Positions 11,487-23,799 of a DNA stretch of 64,000 nucleotides are shown here, piece by piece. The DNA is taken from the NCBI RefSeq assembly GCF_964188315.1, contig NC_135656.1, positions 121,272,001 to 121,336,000 of the forward strand, in the 5' to 3' direction. The notes under the pieces were generated by a model. It saw only the letters and a list, made by a program, of their open reading frames with translations. It was not told the origin of the DNA and searched no databases. Position numbers and translations under genes: made by a program. The stretch's first letter is position 1. Each line of letters opens with the position of its first letter. Origin of the DNA: Podarcis muralis. Lineage: Eukaryota.

Positions 11487-12697
11487 CTCCGCTAGGGGCG
11501 CCTTGGAAGATGGCCGACAATACCATCTCTCCAGCTCACACAAGATACTTAAGGGGCTGAGATGGGAGTAAATCAGCCTCCCATTTTTCTTCCCGGTGTA
11601 AGGGAAGATGCAGCCTCGTCCGCGGTTGTCCATAAATCATCTGCGACTACGAAAGAAGGAGGGGGGGAGGGCACCGGACGCAAAGCCCTCGAGCGAGCTC
11701 AGATCTCCCGGACGCTGTCTCTGAGAGCGACCCTAGTTGCATTTCTTAAGATAAAAAATTGGATATAAGTTATTGCACATGCTTCAAGCGAAGAAAATGA
11801 TACGTTAGCTGCTAATTAAGCCTGCCACTGAGAAGTTAAAAGTGATGGATTGGACTGGAAAGAAGATAACATCAAAGAATAACATCTATGCCGGTATGTT
11901 GAAATGGAATGGAAATACTTTTTCTTTTCTTATTACGATATTATCTAACAACCCACCCCCCCAGAAGAACCATCAATACGACCTATAGCAAGTGAGATTG
12001 GAAAATAAACTGTGGGGGGGGGGGAATATCAACTAAAGCTTTTGGTTTTTGAAATATCTGGAAAGAAAATAAAAGGCTCTCTTGTGACGCAGTTTTTAAT
12101 CGGGATCCGCCATTATGAGACAGACTATGTTGCGAGATTACTAGTCATAGGGAGAGGCGAGCCATTACTCTGTTATCATGTTTGTATTCTAAATTTGACT
12201 TGGCAAACCTTCTCTGGAAAGGCTAATTTATGGAGCAACTTGTCTGGGAAAATTAATGAGCAAACGCCTAGATTTTATTTCATCGGAACTGAGAAAGATG
12301 GCATCTGCCACTCGAGGAGGACTTTTGGATCAGCGTGTGATTTATTGCAAACAAAAGATTTACCAGCTTTAAAAAAAGGGAGAGCCTTACAAAGTTCACA
12401 CAGAAACATATTATTGCTTACTTTAACTTGCCTGTGGAAACAACTCAGAGGTTATTAAGAAGAAAAAGGATAAAAACAAGAAGATTGAAAGATGGGACTG
12501 GTGAACACTAAAAGCAGCAGAAATATGAGATGATTGGACCCTACTGAACTCGAAGCATGGGAACCCCCAACAAAAATTTATAATTCGGCAAAATATTTGG
12601 ACTTTATGATATGTATTGGTATAATTTGGAATAATTAATGTGATATGATTGGTTTGTTAAATGGAAAACTTCATAAAAATTATTATAAAAAAGAAAA
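11487..12697 (+). mobile_element. Short non-autonomous L1-derived element (family 1)
   Basis: 20-24 bp TSD GAAAATGTATTTGTAATGTT(GGGG) at 11463-11486 and 12698-12721. CpG-rich 5' end with AAGATGGCCG (11507-11516) and an A-rich 3' tail. Remnant LLNSKHGNPQQKFII at 12541-12585 resembles an L1 ORF2 C-terminus. Confidence 0.75.
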
Positions 12698-13816
12698 GAA
12701 AATGTATTTGTAATGTTGGGGTGTGTGCAGTGTGCAGTCAACTCGCCAGTGGATTGCGTAACTGAAGCCACAGCATTGTAGAAGAAAATATGTCAAACAG
12801 TTAACTAAGGTCAGCAATAGTATATTGTACTGGCACGTAGCAGAACAACTATGTACAACACAGTTCTTTTAGCATCCCTAGAGCCAAAGGAAGGTCGGTG
12901 GCCGAGCACCCACAAATTTTGGTGCCAGGGCCATGCATGCTGCATGGCACCCATGGCACCGGGCACCCCCTATTGTGCGGGCAAAATGGCACTACTGTTC
13001 ATGTGAGCCATGGTTGTAAACTTACAGATAATGTTAAAAGATCCAGTCAAACTTCTTCATTTAGTCAAATGGTTGCCATTCAAACTTCCTTCTAAGCTTG
13101 TTCTGCTGCCTAATATTGATCTCAGAAAACACAGCACCTCTACTAACAACCACCATCACTAGCCTAACCCTGTTTTATCTATAGTGGCCCATTTCAAGTA
13201 AGACCTGCTCACCTCTCACTCATGAACAGGGAAGGTGGTGTTGCAGAGGCTCCCCCTAAGACTTCCTCCCTCTTAGTTGGAGTGCTAATTTGGCATCTAC
13301 CAAGCTCCACTAAGCTCCTGGTTGAAGGATCTGTGTGTATTGCTGGAGCCTGAATGAAGTGGCTATATGGCTGATGTCACTGTTTGATTTATATGGGGAT
13401 TTGTAATGTTTTTCTCCCATTGATACACTTTAAACCAATCTATTCCACCTTTTATACACGCCAGCATTTATTGTATTTCTTCTTCGCTTTCTTTTTGCAG
13501 TTTCTTTTATTTCTTTTTTCTAAAGATCAGTGAATAGCTGTGTGCTGGGAATCTGTTTCTATGAACCTGCACAATTTGATGCTGAGCCAAGAAGGCATCT
13601 CTCAACTCCATAAGAAAGATATATTTTCCTGCAGTACCCTATGCCTTCTTAGCCAGAATTCCCATTAAGTTCAATGGGACACACAGAACCTGGACTTATT
13701 TACCTGGGAGTAAGCCCCATGGGGCATATGCCTTAAAGAAACAAGCAGTTGATAATTCTTAATGATCTAACTGTGGGTTGGTTTTTGTGGGGATCAGAGG
13801 CTTGCATGTCTCTCAA

Positions 13817-14121
13817 CAGGGCTGAATTTAGGTTTGATGAGGCCCCAAGCTACTGAAGATAATGGGGCCCTTTATATGTCCACCTGTCCTTTGTCAACAA
13901 CAAATTGTCGCTGGATTTTGTGTTGAATATAGGCTATACTGTAATTTATGGACCTAATAGGTCCATGCACAACACAAAACACTGTTGCTGTGTGTTTATA
14001 TTATTTGTTTTTTATCCTATATTTTGGAAATGTACATGCAGTTTTTTCCCCCTTTAACCTTTTTTGGGGAGAGTGGGCCGTAAGCTATGGCTTGTTTAGC
14101 TTATACGTAAATCTGGCACTG
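13817..14121. mobile_element. hAT-type MITE
   Basis: Imperfect TIRs CAGGGCTG(A/G)ATTTA...TAAATCTGGCACTG and an 8-bp TSD TCTCT(C/G)AA, which is perfect in the B3 copy. Confidence 0.75.
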
Positions 14122-14722
14122 TCTCTGAATACCATTTGTTGCAGAACAAGACCACCAAAGGGCTCTTATCCCCATGCCCTGCTTGTGAGCTTCCCAAAGG
14201 TGTATGACCAGACACTTCAATATATGGGATGCTGGACTAGATGGGACTTCGTCTCATCTGGCTGCAGAGCTTTCCTAATGCTGTTGAGGCCAAACTTGCA
14301 CACACACACACATCAAACTTTGGCAATTCACCTGTGATTCATTGTAAACATGTTTTTCCTCAGTTCTGCACCTGCCACCCAAACTTCGCAATGACTAAAG
14401 TTTGTTGCAGTGTCAAATTTATTCTCCTTATAATTATCAAAATCATAGCTATTTATTCCTGCCAAGATCAAGATATATTTCTGGAGGTTGCCAAGACAGC
14501 GCAATCAAGGACAGCATGAGGTTATATCTAGCTCTGTGCCTGGGGAGAAAGGCTGATGTGGAGAATAGCTGATATGTCAGAGACAGTCTGAATGAATAGC
14601 TGAGGCAAGCCTGAATGTTACCCATACTGGGAAAGTCACTGCAGCATTCCTATTGCAAGTGTTTTTGACTTCTGATTACCTGGCTGGGCAAGAGAAAGGA
14701 GCAGCCACAAGAGAAGTGTAGG

Positions 14723-15052
14723 TAAAGTTAAAGGGACCCCTGACCATTAGGTCCAGTCGCAAACAACTCTTGGGTTGCGGTGCTCATCTCGCTTTATTGG
14801 CCAAGGGAGTCGGAATATGCCCGCATGACTAAGCCACTTCTGGCGAACCAGAGCAGTGCACGGAAACGCAGTTTACCTTCCTGCTGGAGCGGTACCTATT
14901 TATCTACTTGCACTTTGATATGCTTTCGAACTGCTAGGTTGGCAGTAGCAGGAACTGAGCAACGGAACTTACACCGTCACGGGGATTCGAACCGCCGACC
15001 TTTTGATAGGCAAGCCCTAGGCTCTGTGGTTTAGACCACAGCACCACCCGCA
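14723..15052 (-). mobile_element. Sauria SINE immediately upstream of B1 start codon
   Basis: Reverse-complement Sauria SINE (AAGG/TTAAAGGGACCCCTGACC...GGGGATTCGAACCGCCGACC) with a 6-bp TSD TGTAGG at 14717-14722 and 15053-15058. It ends 19 bp before the ATG at 15072. Confidence 0.9.
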
Positions 15053-15071
15053 TGTAGGAGGTACAGGCAAA

Positions 15072-18000
15072 ATGATTTCCCTCCTGCTTTTCTTGCTAAT
15101 GACACATGGAGACTGCGAAAATCAAGGAAAAGTATGTCCCTTGAATCTGATCTGGGAAGAAAGTGAAACACAGAATTACGACCGGCCCGGGGACTTCATA
15201 ATTGCTGGGATCATATCTCCAAGTATGTTGACTGTAGAAGACCCATACATTTTTTCCCAGATTCCCTCAAAAAGGCTTGGATGGTAAGTAATTAGATGGC
15301 ACTGGATGTCATGCTTCTCCAACACCACTCCAACAGTTTCTGCTTAATTCAAAAAAATAAAGGCAATTTTCCACTTTGAAGGCTGTGTTTTTTCTTTCTT
15401 TCTTTGCAATGGAATTTGCAATCTCCTAGTTTTTATTTTTAAGTGATAAATAGATTTACACCTTGTAACTAGGTGATCCTCAGATGAAGAGCGGTATATA
15501 AATTTAGTACATAAATAATAAAAAATATATATTCCTTGTCTCAGCCCAAACTGCAAACATACATATCATTGTTTGGTGATGAGCTACTTTGAGAATGCCT
15601 AGAAATAACATTTGCTTTCTTTACATGGTGAATAGGTTTCTGACATTTTTTATTTGATGTTTCATTGCAGTTTTACACCTAGGTTCTACTGGCACATCTT
15701 GTCCTTCCTGTTCTCCATTCAGGAGATCAACCTGAATTCCAGGTTCTTACCCAACATCTCCTTGGGCTACAACCTCTTTGAGAACTTTTTTGATGAAAGG
15801 ATGACTTCTGCTGCCATGCTAGACCTGCTTGCAGGAGGGCAAAGCAATACTCCAAACTATAACTGTGGAGAATGGAATAACCTTCTGTCTGTTCTTGAAG
15901 GGTGCAATTCTGCCATCTCGAAAGAGATTTCAGTCATGTCTGGGATCTACAAAATCCCACAGGTATGAAGGATAGGGACAAGAAATAAATTCCACTTTCT
16001 TTCCAGGAGAGTCAATATGGGAAATGAAAAAGTGAGAAAACCCTTAGTGATAGTAGATCTTTCTTCCAGCATCCACCAATCTGGCACTCTCCAAATATTT
16101 CAGACTAAAACTGCAATCAAGCGCAGCAAGCACATTTTTTTCAGACAATAACAGATAATAAATAATAACAGACAATAAATACAGTATCTATTCCTTTTCC
16201 TGAAAATCAAACAAATCACTAATCTATTTCTTTTATCAATAGATCAGTTATGGCTTTATGACTCAGACACTGGATGAGAAAACTGAAGTCCCCTTTGTCT
16301 ACCAAATGGTCCCCAAGGGGGAAACTCAGTATTGGGGGATTGTCAAGTTGCTCCTGAATTTTGGATGGACATGGACTGGCCTCTTGGTTTCAGACAATGA
16401 TAACGGAGAAAGGTTCTTGAGTGCCTTGACACCTCTGATGACGAACAATGGAATTTGCATTGCCATATTAAAAAGAATACCAGAATATAACTTAGATGTA
16501 TATCTCATCCCAAGTGAACCATTTACCATATGGGACAAAGTCAAAATATTTGTTTACTATAAAAGCAGTCAAGGGGCATGGATTCAACTCATGATAATAC
16601 AACAATTTCTTGAGAAACAAATCGGGGGGAAAGTCTGGATCTCAACAGGTCTTCTAGACATTAATTCTGCTTTTCATAGTGCTCCTGATCTTTTCCAGTA
16701 CATCCATGGATCTTTGTCCTTCATAATGAAGCCCCAACTAAGGAAAAGATACCAACCCTATGATCCATCTTCCAAACTCCTTATACAGTTTTGGGATAAA
16801 GCATTTCATTGTTTATATAGAAAGAACACATTGGCTGTAAAAGGTCGGACAAGATGCACAGAGAATGAGAAACTGGAGTTGCTGCCTGAAGAGGAGCTGG
16901 AGGGAGTCCTGTCTCAAGACAGCTACATCACTTACTTCAGTGTCCAAGCTGTGGCTCAGGCTTTGAATGCTGCCTATTCATCCAGATCTAAGGTCATGCT
17001 GATGGCGAGTGGAGGAGACAGGCTGGAACGTCAAAGGCTACAGCCATGGCAGGTATTTCCTTTTCCTTGTTGCAAATTGCTACTCATTTCCCCACCTCTG
17101 GAATCAGATTTAGGACTGAGATTTTTATTTCTTTTTGCTCCTTTTGGCGGAAAATCTCATTAGTGAGTCTTGTGGCAGAAGCAGACCTTTCTGCCTATTC
17201 TGGTTATGTCAGAACAGTCCCCCCACCATCTCGTTCTTCCTCTCTGGCGAGAGATGCAGCCATCATAGCAGAAGTTGGTTCCTCCTCATCTTCCACTGTG
17301 TCTCTGCTGGGACTTGAAATTGCCCATCAACTGTAAAACAGAATGAATTTTCAATTCTATATTAATATCTAAACTTTTACATGATAAAATTTGTCTAAAG
17401 AGTGCAGGGCGGTTTAACTACTTGTATAGTATAAACACACTGTAAAACTACAGAAAGAACATGAAGGGGACTTCCGGGTTGGCGCCATCGCTGAATGGCG
17501 GACTCTGCTCGGCAGGGGCTGGGTCCTACCGCACCGGCGATGCGGAGACCCTTAGAAACCACGGCCACGGAGGCCGTGGACATGGAGACTCGGCTTGCAC
17601 CGTTAGCGCCCTCCCGACTCGTGAAGGAGCCTTTTTAAAGGCTACGGATCGGGTGCCGGGGAGAAGCGTGGTGCCTTGAGTCCTCTGCTTTCCCTGCCGA
17701 GCGAAGCCGCATGCCATCCGGCGGAGAGCGCTGACTTCTTCCATTGAAAATTCGGACTTCTTAACAACAACCCGTGAGTAAATTTGGAAACCGGGTTCAA
17801 AAGGAGAAAAAAGGAAATTTTTTTCGAATTGGATACGAGCGGGGGGGATCCAAAAAGGAAGTCAGTCCCCTCCCTACTGTAAACCTTTCAAAACAAGGAC
17901 GGGGAAACCATGGCCCAAAAAGGCTTGCATTGCTGATAAAAATCAAGAATTCCACGATGGGGAACTACAAGAACTGTGCTGGAGGAGGAATTGGAGAAGG

Positions 18001-18589
18001 GAAACGTAACCCCCCCCCCCTGGGAACCGGGGTGATTGAAGAGAGAGCCTGGTGAAGGGAGTCGGAGATTTTGACAGCTGTCAAAGTAGCTGTCAAAGTC
18101 GGAAAGTGGAGTGGATTTTATTATGAGAACTTTGCTGGTTAAATCTGATACAATTTGTTACAACTTGTTAAAATTTGGACACAAAATGGCGAATATGGAT
18201 AACAATCGGACTTTTGGACTAGAGGAAACAAAGTTACAACAATCCCCCTTGAGGAGTTTCGGGACATTACAAGGACTGTGAAAGTGGAAAAACACCAATG
18301 GAATTTTACAGGACTGGTTATCTTCTGGGAAAGCTGCAAAACGGAAATAACATCTCGTCTTCAGGGTGTTTATCTAAAGGAGACAATAGAATTTTCTATT
18401 GAAGAAAGGAAGGGACTGAACGCAAGTTTTTGCCCCTGAATAACAACCATCCCTGCAGAGCTACTAAACTTTTGAATTACAACGTTTTAGCAGCGGAACA
18501 AGAGGAAATTAGACTACAACCTGGAAAGAACAATGGAGGGAGTTTTATTACAGTTTTATTAAAGAACTGAAGTTAAAGCTTTTTAAAAA

Positions 18590-18637
<48 letters not shown>

Positions 18638-21600
18638 TTTTAATAATTTTAATTTTAATTTTAAAAAGAAAAAGCCAGCAAGGAGTTGGGGGAAAGTTGT
18701 GATTTATGGTCTTAAAAATTCCAGGCAGACACCAGGGGCTGATGGTCAGGGGGAAATTAAACTGGGGACAGGGGGGGGTGAACTAAAACTCCAAAGGCTT
18801 GCCAACTTTTTTTTTTTTTTTCTTTTTCTGAATTGGTCTCTTTTTTTATCTCTTACTTTTTCTATTTCTATTATTTGGGGTGTTTCTATTATCAAAAAAT
18901 GGAAATTGTGGAATGAATTAGGGTGGGCCCTGGGGAAAGAACATTGGATTTTTCTTTATTAAGGGTAAAACAAATTAAGTTTTAATTAGAATGGGGAACT
19001 TGTGGAGCCAACAATATGAAAAGGGAATATGGTAGGGGTGGGGGAAGGGGGGAGTCCCGTAAAGTGAATTTATATTCTTTGTATTTCTGAAAATTTTAAT
19101 AAATATTATTTAAAAAAAAAAACTACAGAAAGAACATGAAAAGCAAAGAGCTTCTCAGCTTGTTGGAAAAGCTGTTGAAATAAACAGATTTTTTTTAAAA
19201 GGATTTATGTTTAAATTATATTAACTGTTAAGAAATTTACCTCTATGCCAATAAATTAGCACAACCAAATGTTAATGGGAGACGATGTCCTCTTTTGTGG
19301 CATTGTGCAAGTTCTACTGAAAGCAGCTACACTTTGAAGGGAAATTTTCAGGCTTCCACATTATCTAGAATACTGAGCAACCAAGGTTTCAACCTCATGG
19401 GAGTATGTATTTGTAAATTCAGATAATTTTTCCAGGCAGGGGGACAGCCACACATCCCACTCCTATGCTCTTGGCTGTGAGCAGATCTATGTGGCCCCTA
19501 TTGACAAATAACCTTCCCTGGTGATACAGTGAGCAGCTGAGGAAATAGTGTTCTATTCATAAGGGTATAACTGTGCCCTAGGAGTGCCAATATGGCCCCT
19601 ATGCCTGGGCCTGTAGGTGTCATGCAGCGTGCATGGCTCTGGCAGCAAAATTTGTGGATGCCCGACCCCTTCATGGGGAATTTTGTCAGTGCTTGCGCAC
19701 CCAGGGCCCCATGGAGTTGGCATCTATGCTGTGCACTGATTTGTAGGACCATCTATGTTTAAAAAGTTTGGTATTTATGCTATTTTTATTTTTTAAGAAG
19801 TATTTTATTGTCTTTTGTATTTATCTTATTCTCCAGAAACCTTTTTTTTTTAAATACAATGAGTTGCCTACAAATGTTCTAATAACGACCCCAATTCCAA
19901 GGAGATTAGAGCTCAAAGTGTAGAGGGCTTATATTCAACTTTTCTATTTCATAAATGTTGGTGTTTTTTCCTGCTGTTCCAGCTTCACCCATTCTTAAGA
20001 GGACTCCAGTTTTTGAATACTTCCATGGGCAGCCTCAGATTGGATGAGAATGGGCAGATACCAGCCTACTATGACATTGAGAACTGGGTGATGTTTCCCA
20101 ATAAGTCTCGTGTAAGAGTGCCAGTTGGGAGTATAGGGAGAGACAGATCCACTGGCACGAAGTTCACAATCAACTCACAAGCCATTGTGTGGCCCAAGTG
20201 GTCTGAGAAGGTATGGCAATCTACTTTATCCCACATCTGTAAAGCTCTAATCACTAACTGAATCATTCCAAGGGCACTTTGACTAGAGCCCTTTGCACAC
20301 CTGCTGGGGAGTAAGGGCTCATTGAGACTTCCATTTGTGCCACAATGCGACTTACAGGTCCTGATCTGTTTTATGGTGTGTTTTTCTCCCAGCACTTTCC
20401 TGTGGAAACCTGATTGCCATTTGCTTTGATTCAGTGGTAAAATGTGGGTGTTCTCACGGANNNNNNNNNNNNNNNNNNNNNNNNNNNNNNNNNNNNNNNN
20501 NNNNNNNNNNNNNNNNNNNNNNNNNNNNNNNNNNNNNNNNNNNNNNNNNNNNNNNNNNNNNNNNNNNNNNNNNNNNNNNNNNNNNNNNNNNNNTTTAAAG
20601 CATGGACCTGTGACTAGAAAGATGGCCCAAAAGGAAGTGTGGTTGAGCCCTAATCAGTGTAGTGCAGGGTTTTCAAAAGTCAGCCCAGGGGGAGAATGAG
20701 AAGCATGTCCAGATTTCAGGATGTAAAGGGTGGAAAGGAGAGCTCTTGCTACCTGGAATCTTGATGGCATCTCCTGGCCTGAGTGCTTAGATGGTTAACA
20801 AGCATGGTGCCAGCATACTATGGTGTGGAGAGGGGTTGATTGGAAACTGAATGCCATACTATTGACAGCAAGGATTCCACCTTAAGCAATTAGCATTATT
20901 AGCAGCAGCAATGGCATTAATAGCGGGATGGGAGACAGAAGGTCAAAGTGGAAGAAGCTGTCGCAAGGGACTCATCTCTCCATTCTTTGCCAACACTCAA
21001 AACACTTCGGATAAAGAATAATAATGTAACCATAATTGAGGAGGCACTTTTTGAAATTGGAGTCTTTAGGTGGTGGATTTAACCATCTAGGGGTCCTTCA
21101 TAAGTATGTTTTCTTGCTGCTCTTTTGTCTCTGTCAATCTAGGGTTTTTCATTTGCTTTTTTGATATATACTTTTTCATAGAATAGTCCGATATAATTGT
21201 CTGAACAAAAAAGGAAACACACCTGTCAGGGGTTCAGGGAGAGAGGCACAGATGAGGGAGGAGGAGCGAGGGGGAAGAATCACAGAACGACCAGGAAGAG
21301 GATGGCGATGACTGGGGGGATTCCCCGAGTCTTTCAAGTGAATCGGAGGATTCCCAAAAGGGGGCACCCGTGGTCAGGCCAAGGGGAGTTACAGGGGGGA
21401 CTCGCCAGGAGCAAAGGAGCAGCAGGGGAACCCCAAGTGGGAGTTGGGAATCGGGACCAGCGTCTCCGCCGGAACGGAGTGAAGGGGGTGGAGTTTCCAG
21501 TGTGACAGGCGAAGCAGAGCAGGAAGCCGAGAGGGGAAGGAGATCGGGGCAAGGCGTCCTCCCGGAAGGGGCGGAGAGTAGTACAGGGAGTAGTGTACCT

Positions 21601-23799
21601 GTCAAGAGGAAGGTCAGAGGTAGCGAACGCGCGCCAAGTTCAAATGTGGAGGCGCGCGGAAATGCAGAGAGCCCGGGGGAGGAGCCTGGTCCCAAAGCAC
21701 GCAGGAGGGGGGAGCAGTTGTCTGGGGATTCAGCGTCAGGGGAATCCAGGAGGAGCGAAACCCCAGGGGGCAGAAAGACCCTGCGGAAAAGGAAGGACAG
21801 GAAGAGGTGGACCAGCACAAGCCTCTTAAACTGGTGCAGGGGAGTTACTGACTCAGAGGGGACTTCAGCGGTCTAAGCGTAACAGACGTGGGGCTGCGCG
21901 CCTCGGCTGTGAAACTGTACAATGTACTGCAATAAAGACTTTTGTATATAAAGTGGAGTTGGCGTTGGTCTCTTGTGAGCTGGGACCTGAGGCGGCCCTG
22001 ACAACACCAAAGAGTTTTCTCTGCCATGCATCAAAATGCTTCCCTGGAAAAGTGCCTGGGATCAGTGGGAATAGGGACCCTGTTTGGTCCTTTCCAAGTT
22101 CCATAAATGAATTACAGAGACACAAATAGTCCTGACACTTTCTGTTTGATGCATGTTCTCCATGTTTAGACTGTTCCTAGCTCCAGGTGTACCAAGAGCT
22201 GTCAACCTGGATACGCCAAAGTGGTTCAAGAAGGAAAGCCCGTTTGCTGCTATGCTTGTGCCCCATGTGCAGAAGGGACCATCTCTGCTCAGGAAGGTGG
22301 GTGAATATAAAGGGCAGCTCTTGGGAGAATATAGATTGTGGAAACATTCACTTGGAGACACTTTCTGTGAAGAGTCAAAAGAGATTTTTGAATGTGTCTC
22401 CTTTTTTGGCTTCTCTATTTTTATTCACCTACGTTAATTCTAGGAAGTGGGTTGAAACAAAGAATGAAAAGGAAGCAATTGGTGGACTACAAATTAACAA
22501 TCATGGTGAGGACACTGAGGGCAACCTTAGTGGTCAAATATACTATTTATGTAAAGTAAAACCATTTCCCATGGAACAGGACAGTATAAATTCAGCAAAA
22601 GCTGTACAAGAAGCAGATCTGTGGGAGGTCACTGCCTCTCAGCTTTACCTATATCGCAAGGTTGTTTTGGTGATAAAACTGAGAAATTTTTAAAAACCAC
22701 CTCTATCACCATGGAAGAAGGCAACAGTATAAGCACAAATATTAAATAAGCAAAGGAACACACCAATTTTGTCTACTCCTTTTTTAGACATTCTTTTCTC
22801 CTGGCCCTCCCTTCTATGAACATCTTTCCCCCTAAAACGTCATAGAACATAGGTGGTTATGGATTTAAATGATGCTAAATCACTCCTTTTCCCTCCTTAG
22901 ATGCAAAGAATTGTACCAAATGCCCCGAAGATCAGCATCCAAACAAGGGTCAAGTTCAATGCATTCCCAAAAGTATCTCCTTCCTGACCTATGCAGAAAC
23001 TTTGGGGAGTGTTCTAGCTTCCATTGCTATCTTCCTGCTGTTAATGACAAGCATTATTTTAGGAATCTTCCTTAAATACAAAGAAACGTCCATAGTCAAA
23101 GCCAATAACCGGGACCTCTCCTACATCCTCCTCGTCTCCCTCCTGCTCTCTTTTTCGTCCTCCTTCCTCTTCATTGGCCGGCCAAGGAAGGAGACCTGCC
23201 TTCTCCGACAAATGGTCTTCAGCATCATCTTCTCAGTTGCGGTCTCTTCTTTGTTGGCTAAAACCATCACTGTGGTCCTGGCCTTCATGGCCACAAAGCC
23301 AGGGAACAGAGTGAGGAGATGGCTGGGGAAAAGTCTGGCCAACGCTGTTGTCATTTCCTGTTCCAGTGTCCAAGTTCTCATCTGCACCACCTGGCTGAGT
23401 ACCTCTCCCCCATTCCCAGAGTCTGACATGCACTCCCAGCCTGCAGAGATTATTCTGCAATGCAATGAAGGGTCTGTGGCCATGTTTTATGGTGCCCTGG
23501 GCTACATGGGCTTCCTGGCTGCTATCTGCTTCATGGTGGCTTTCCTAGCCAGGAAGCTGCCTGGGGCCTTCAATGAGGCCAAGCTGATCACCTTCAGCAT
23601 GCTGGTCTTCTGCAGTGTTTGGGTGTCCTTTGTGCCCACCTACCTGAGCACCAAGGGGAAGTACATGGTAGCCGTGCAGGTCTTCTCCATGTTGGTCTCC
23701 AGTGCTGGGCTTCTGGGCTGCATCTTCATCCCAAAGTGCTACATCATTATACTGAGACCTGATCTGAACACAAAGGAGCACTTGACAACAAAATCCTAA
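15072..23799 (+). CDS. Vomeronasal type-2 receptor, paralog B1, intact, 855 aa
   Basis: Exons 15072-15283, 15671-15962, 16243-17052, 19983-20210, 22170-22296, 22901-23799. GT-AG introns with compatible phases, 2568 nt. Same V2R domain motifs as A1. Confidence 0.95.
17466..19118 (+). mobile_element. Short non-autonomous L1-derived element (family 2) in B1 intron 3
   Basis: 22-bp TSD AAAACTACAGAAAGAACATGAA at 17444-17465 and 19119-19140. The site is empty in B2 (about 41541-41562) and B3. It starts GGGGACTTCCGG with a CpG-rich leader and ends AATAAA plus poly-A. It contains an (AAT)n run at about 18590-18636 and no EN or RT coding. Confidence 0.85.
20461..20593. other. Assembly gap (133 N)
   Basis: N run. 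The homologous position in B2 and B3 holds a (GGAA)n microsatellite. Confidence 0.98.
21224..22003 (+). mobile_element. Solo LTR (780 bp) in B1 intron 4
   Basis: Termini TGTCAGGG...CCCTGACA, 5-bp TSD ACACC (21219-21223, 22004-22008) and AATAAA at 21931-21936. The site is empty in B2 (about 48481-48495). CpG-rich. Confidence 0.9.

Noticed and set aside
12012-12458. 148-aa ORF inside the 1.2-kb element as a possible novel protein
   Set aside because: It starts at GTG in a G-run, is shortened by an indel in the A2 copy (36127-36459) and has no recognisable motif.
14990-15052. tRNA-like B-box (GGATTCGAACC) as a tRNA gene
   Set aside because: It is the tRNA-derived head of a Sauria SINE, and no full cloverleaf is present.
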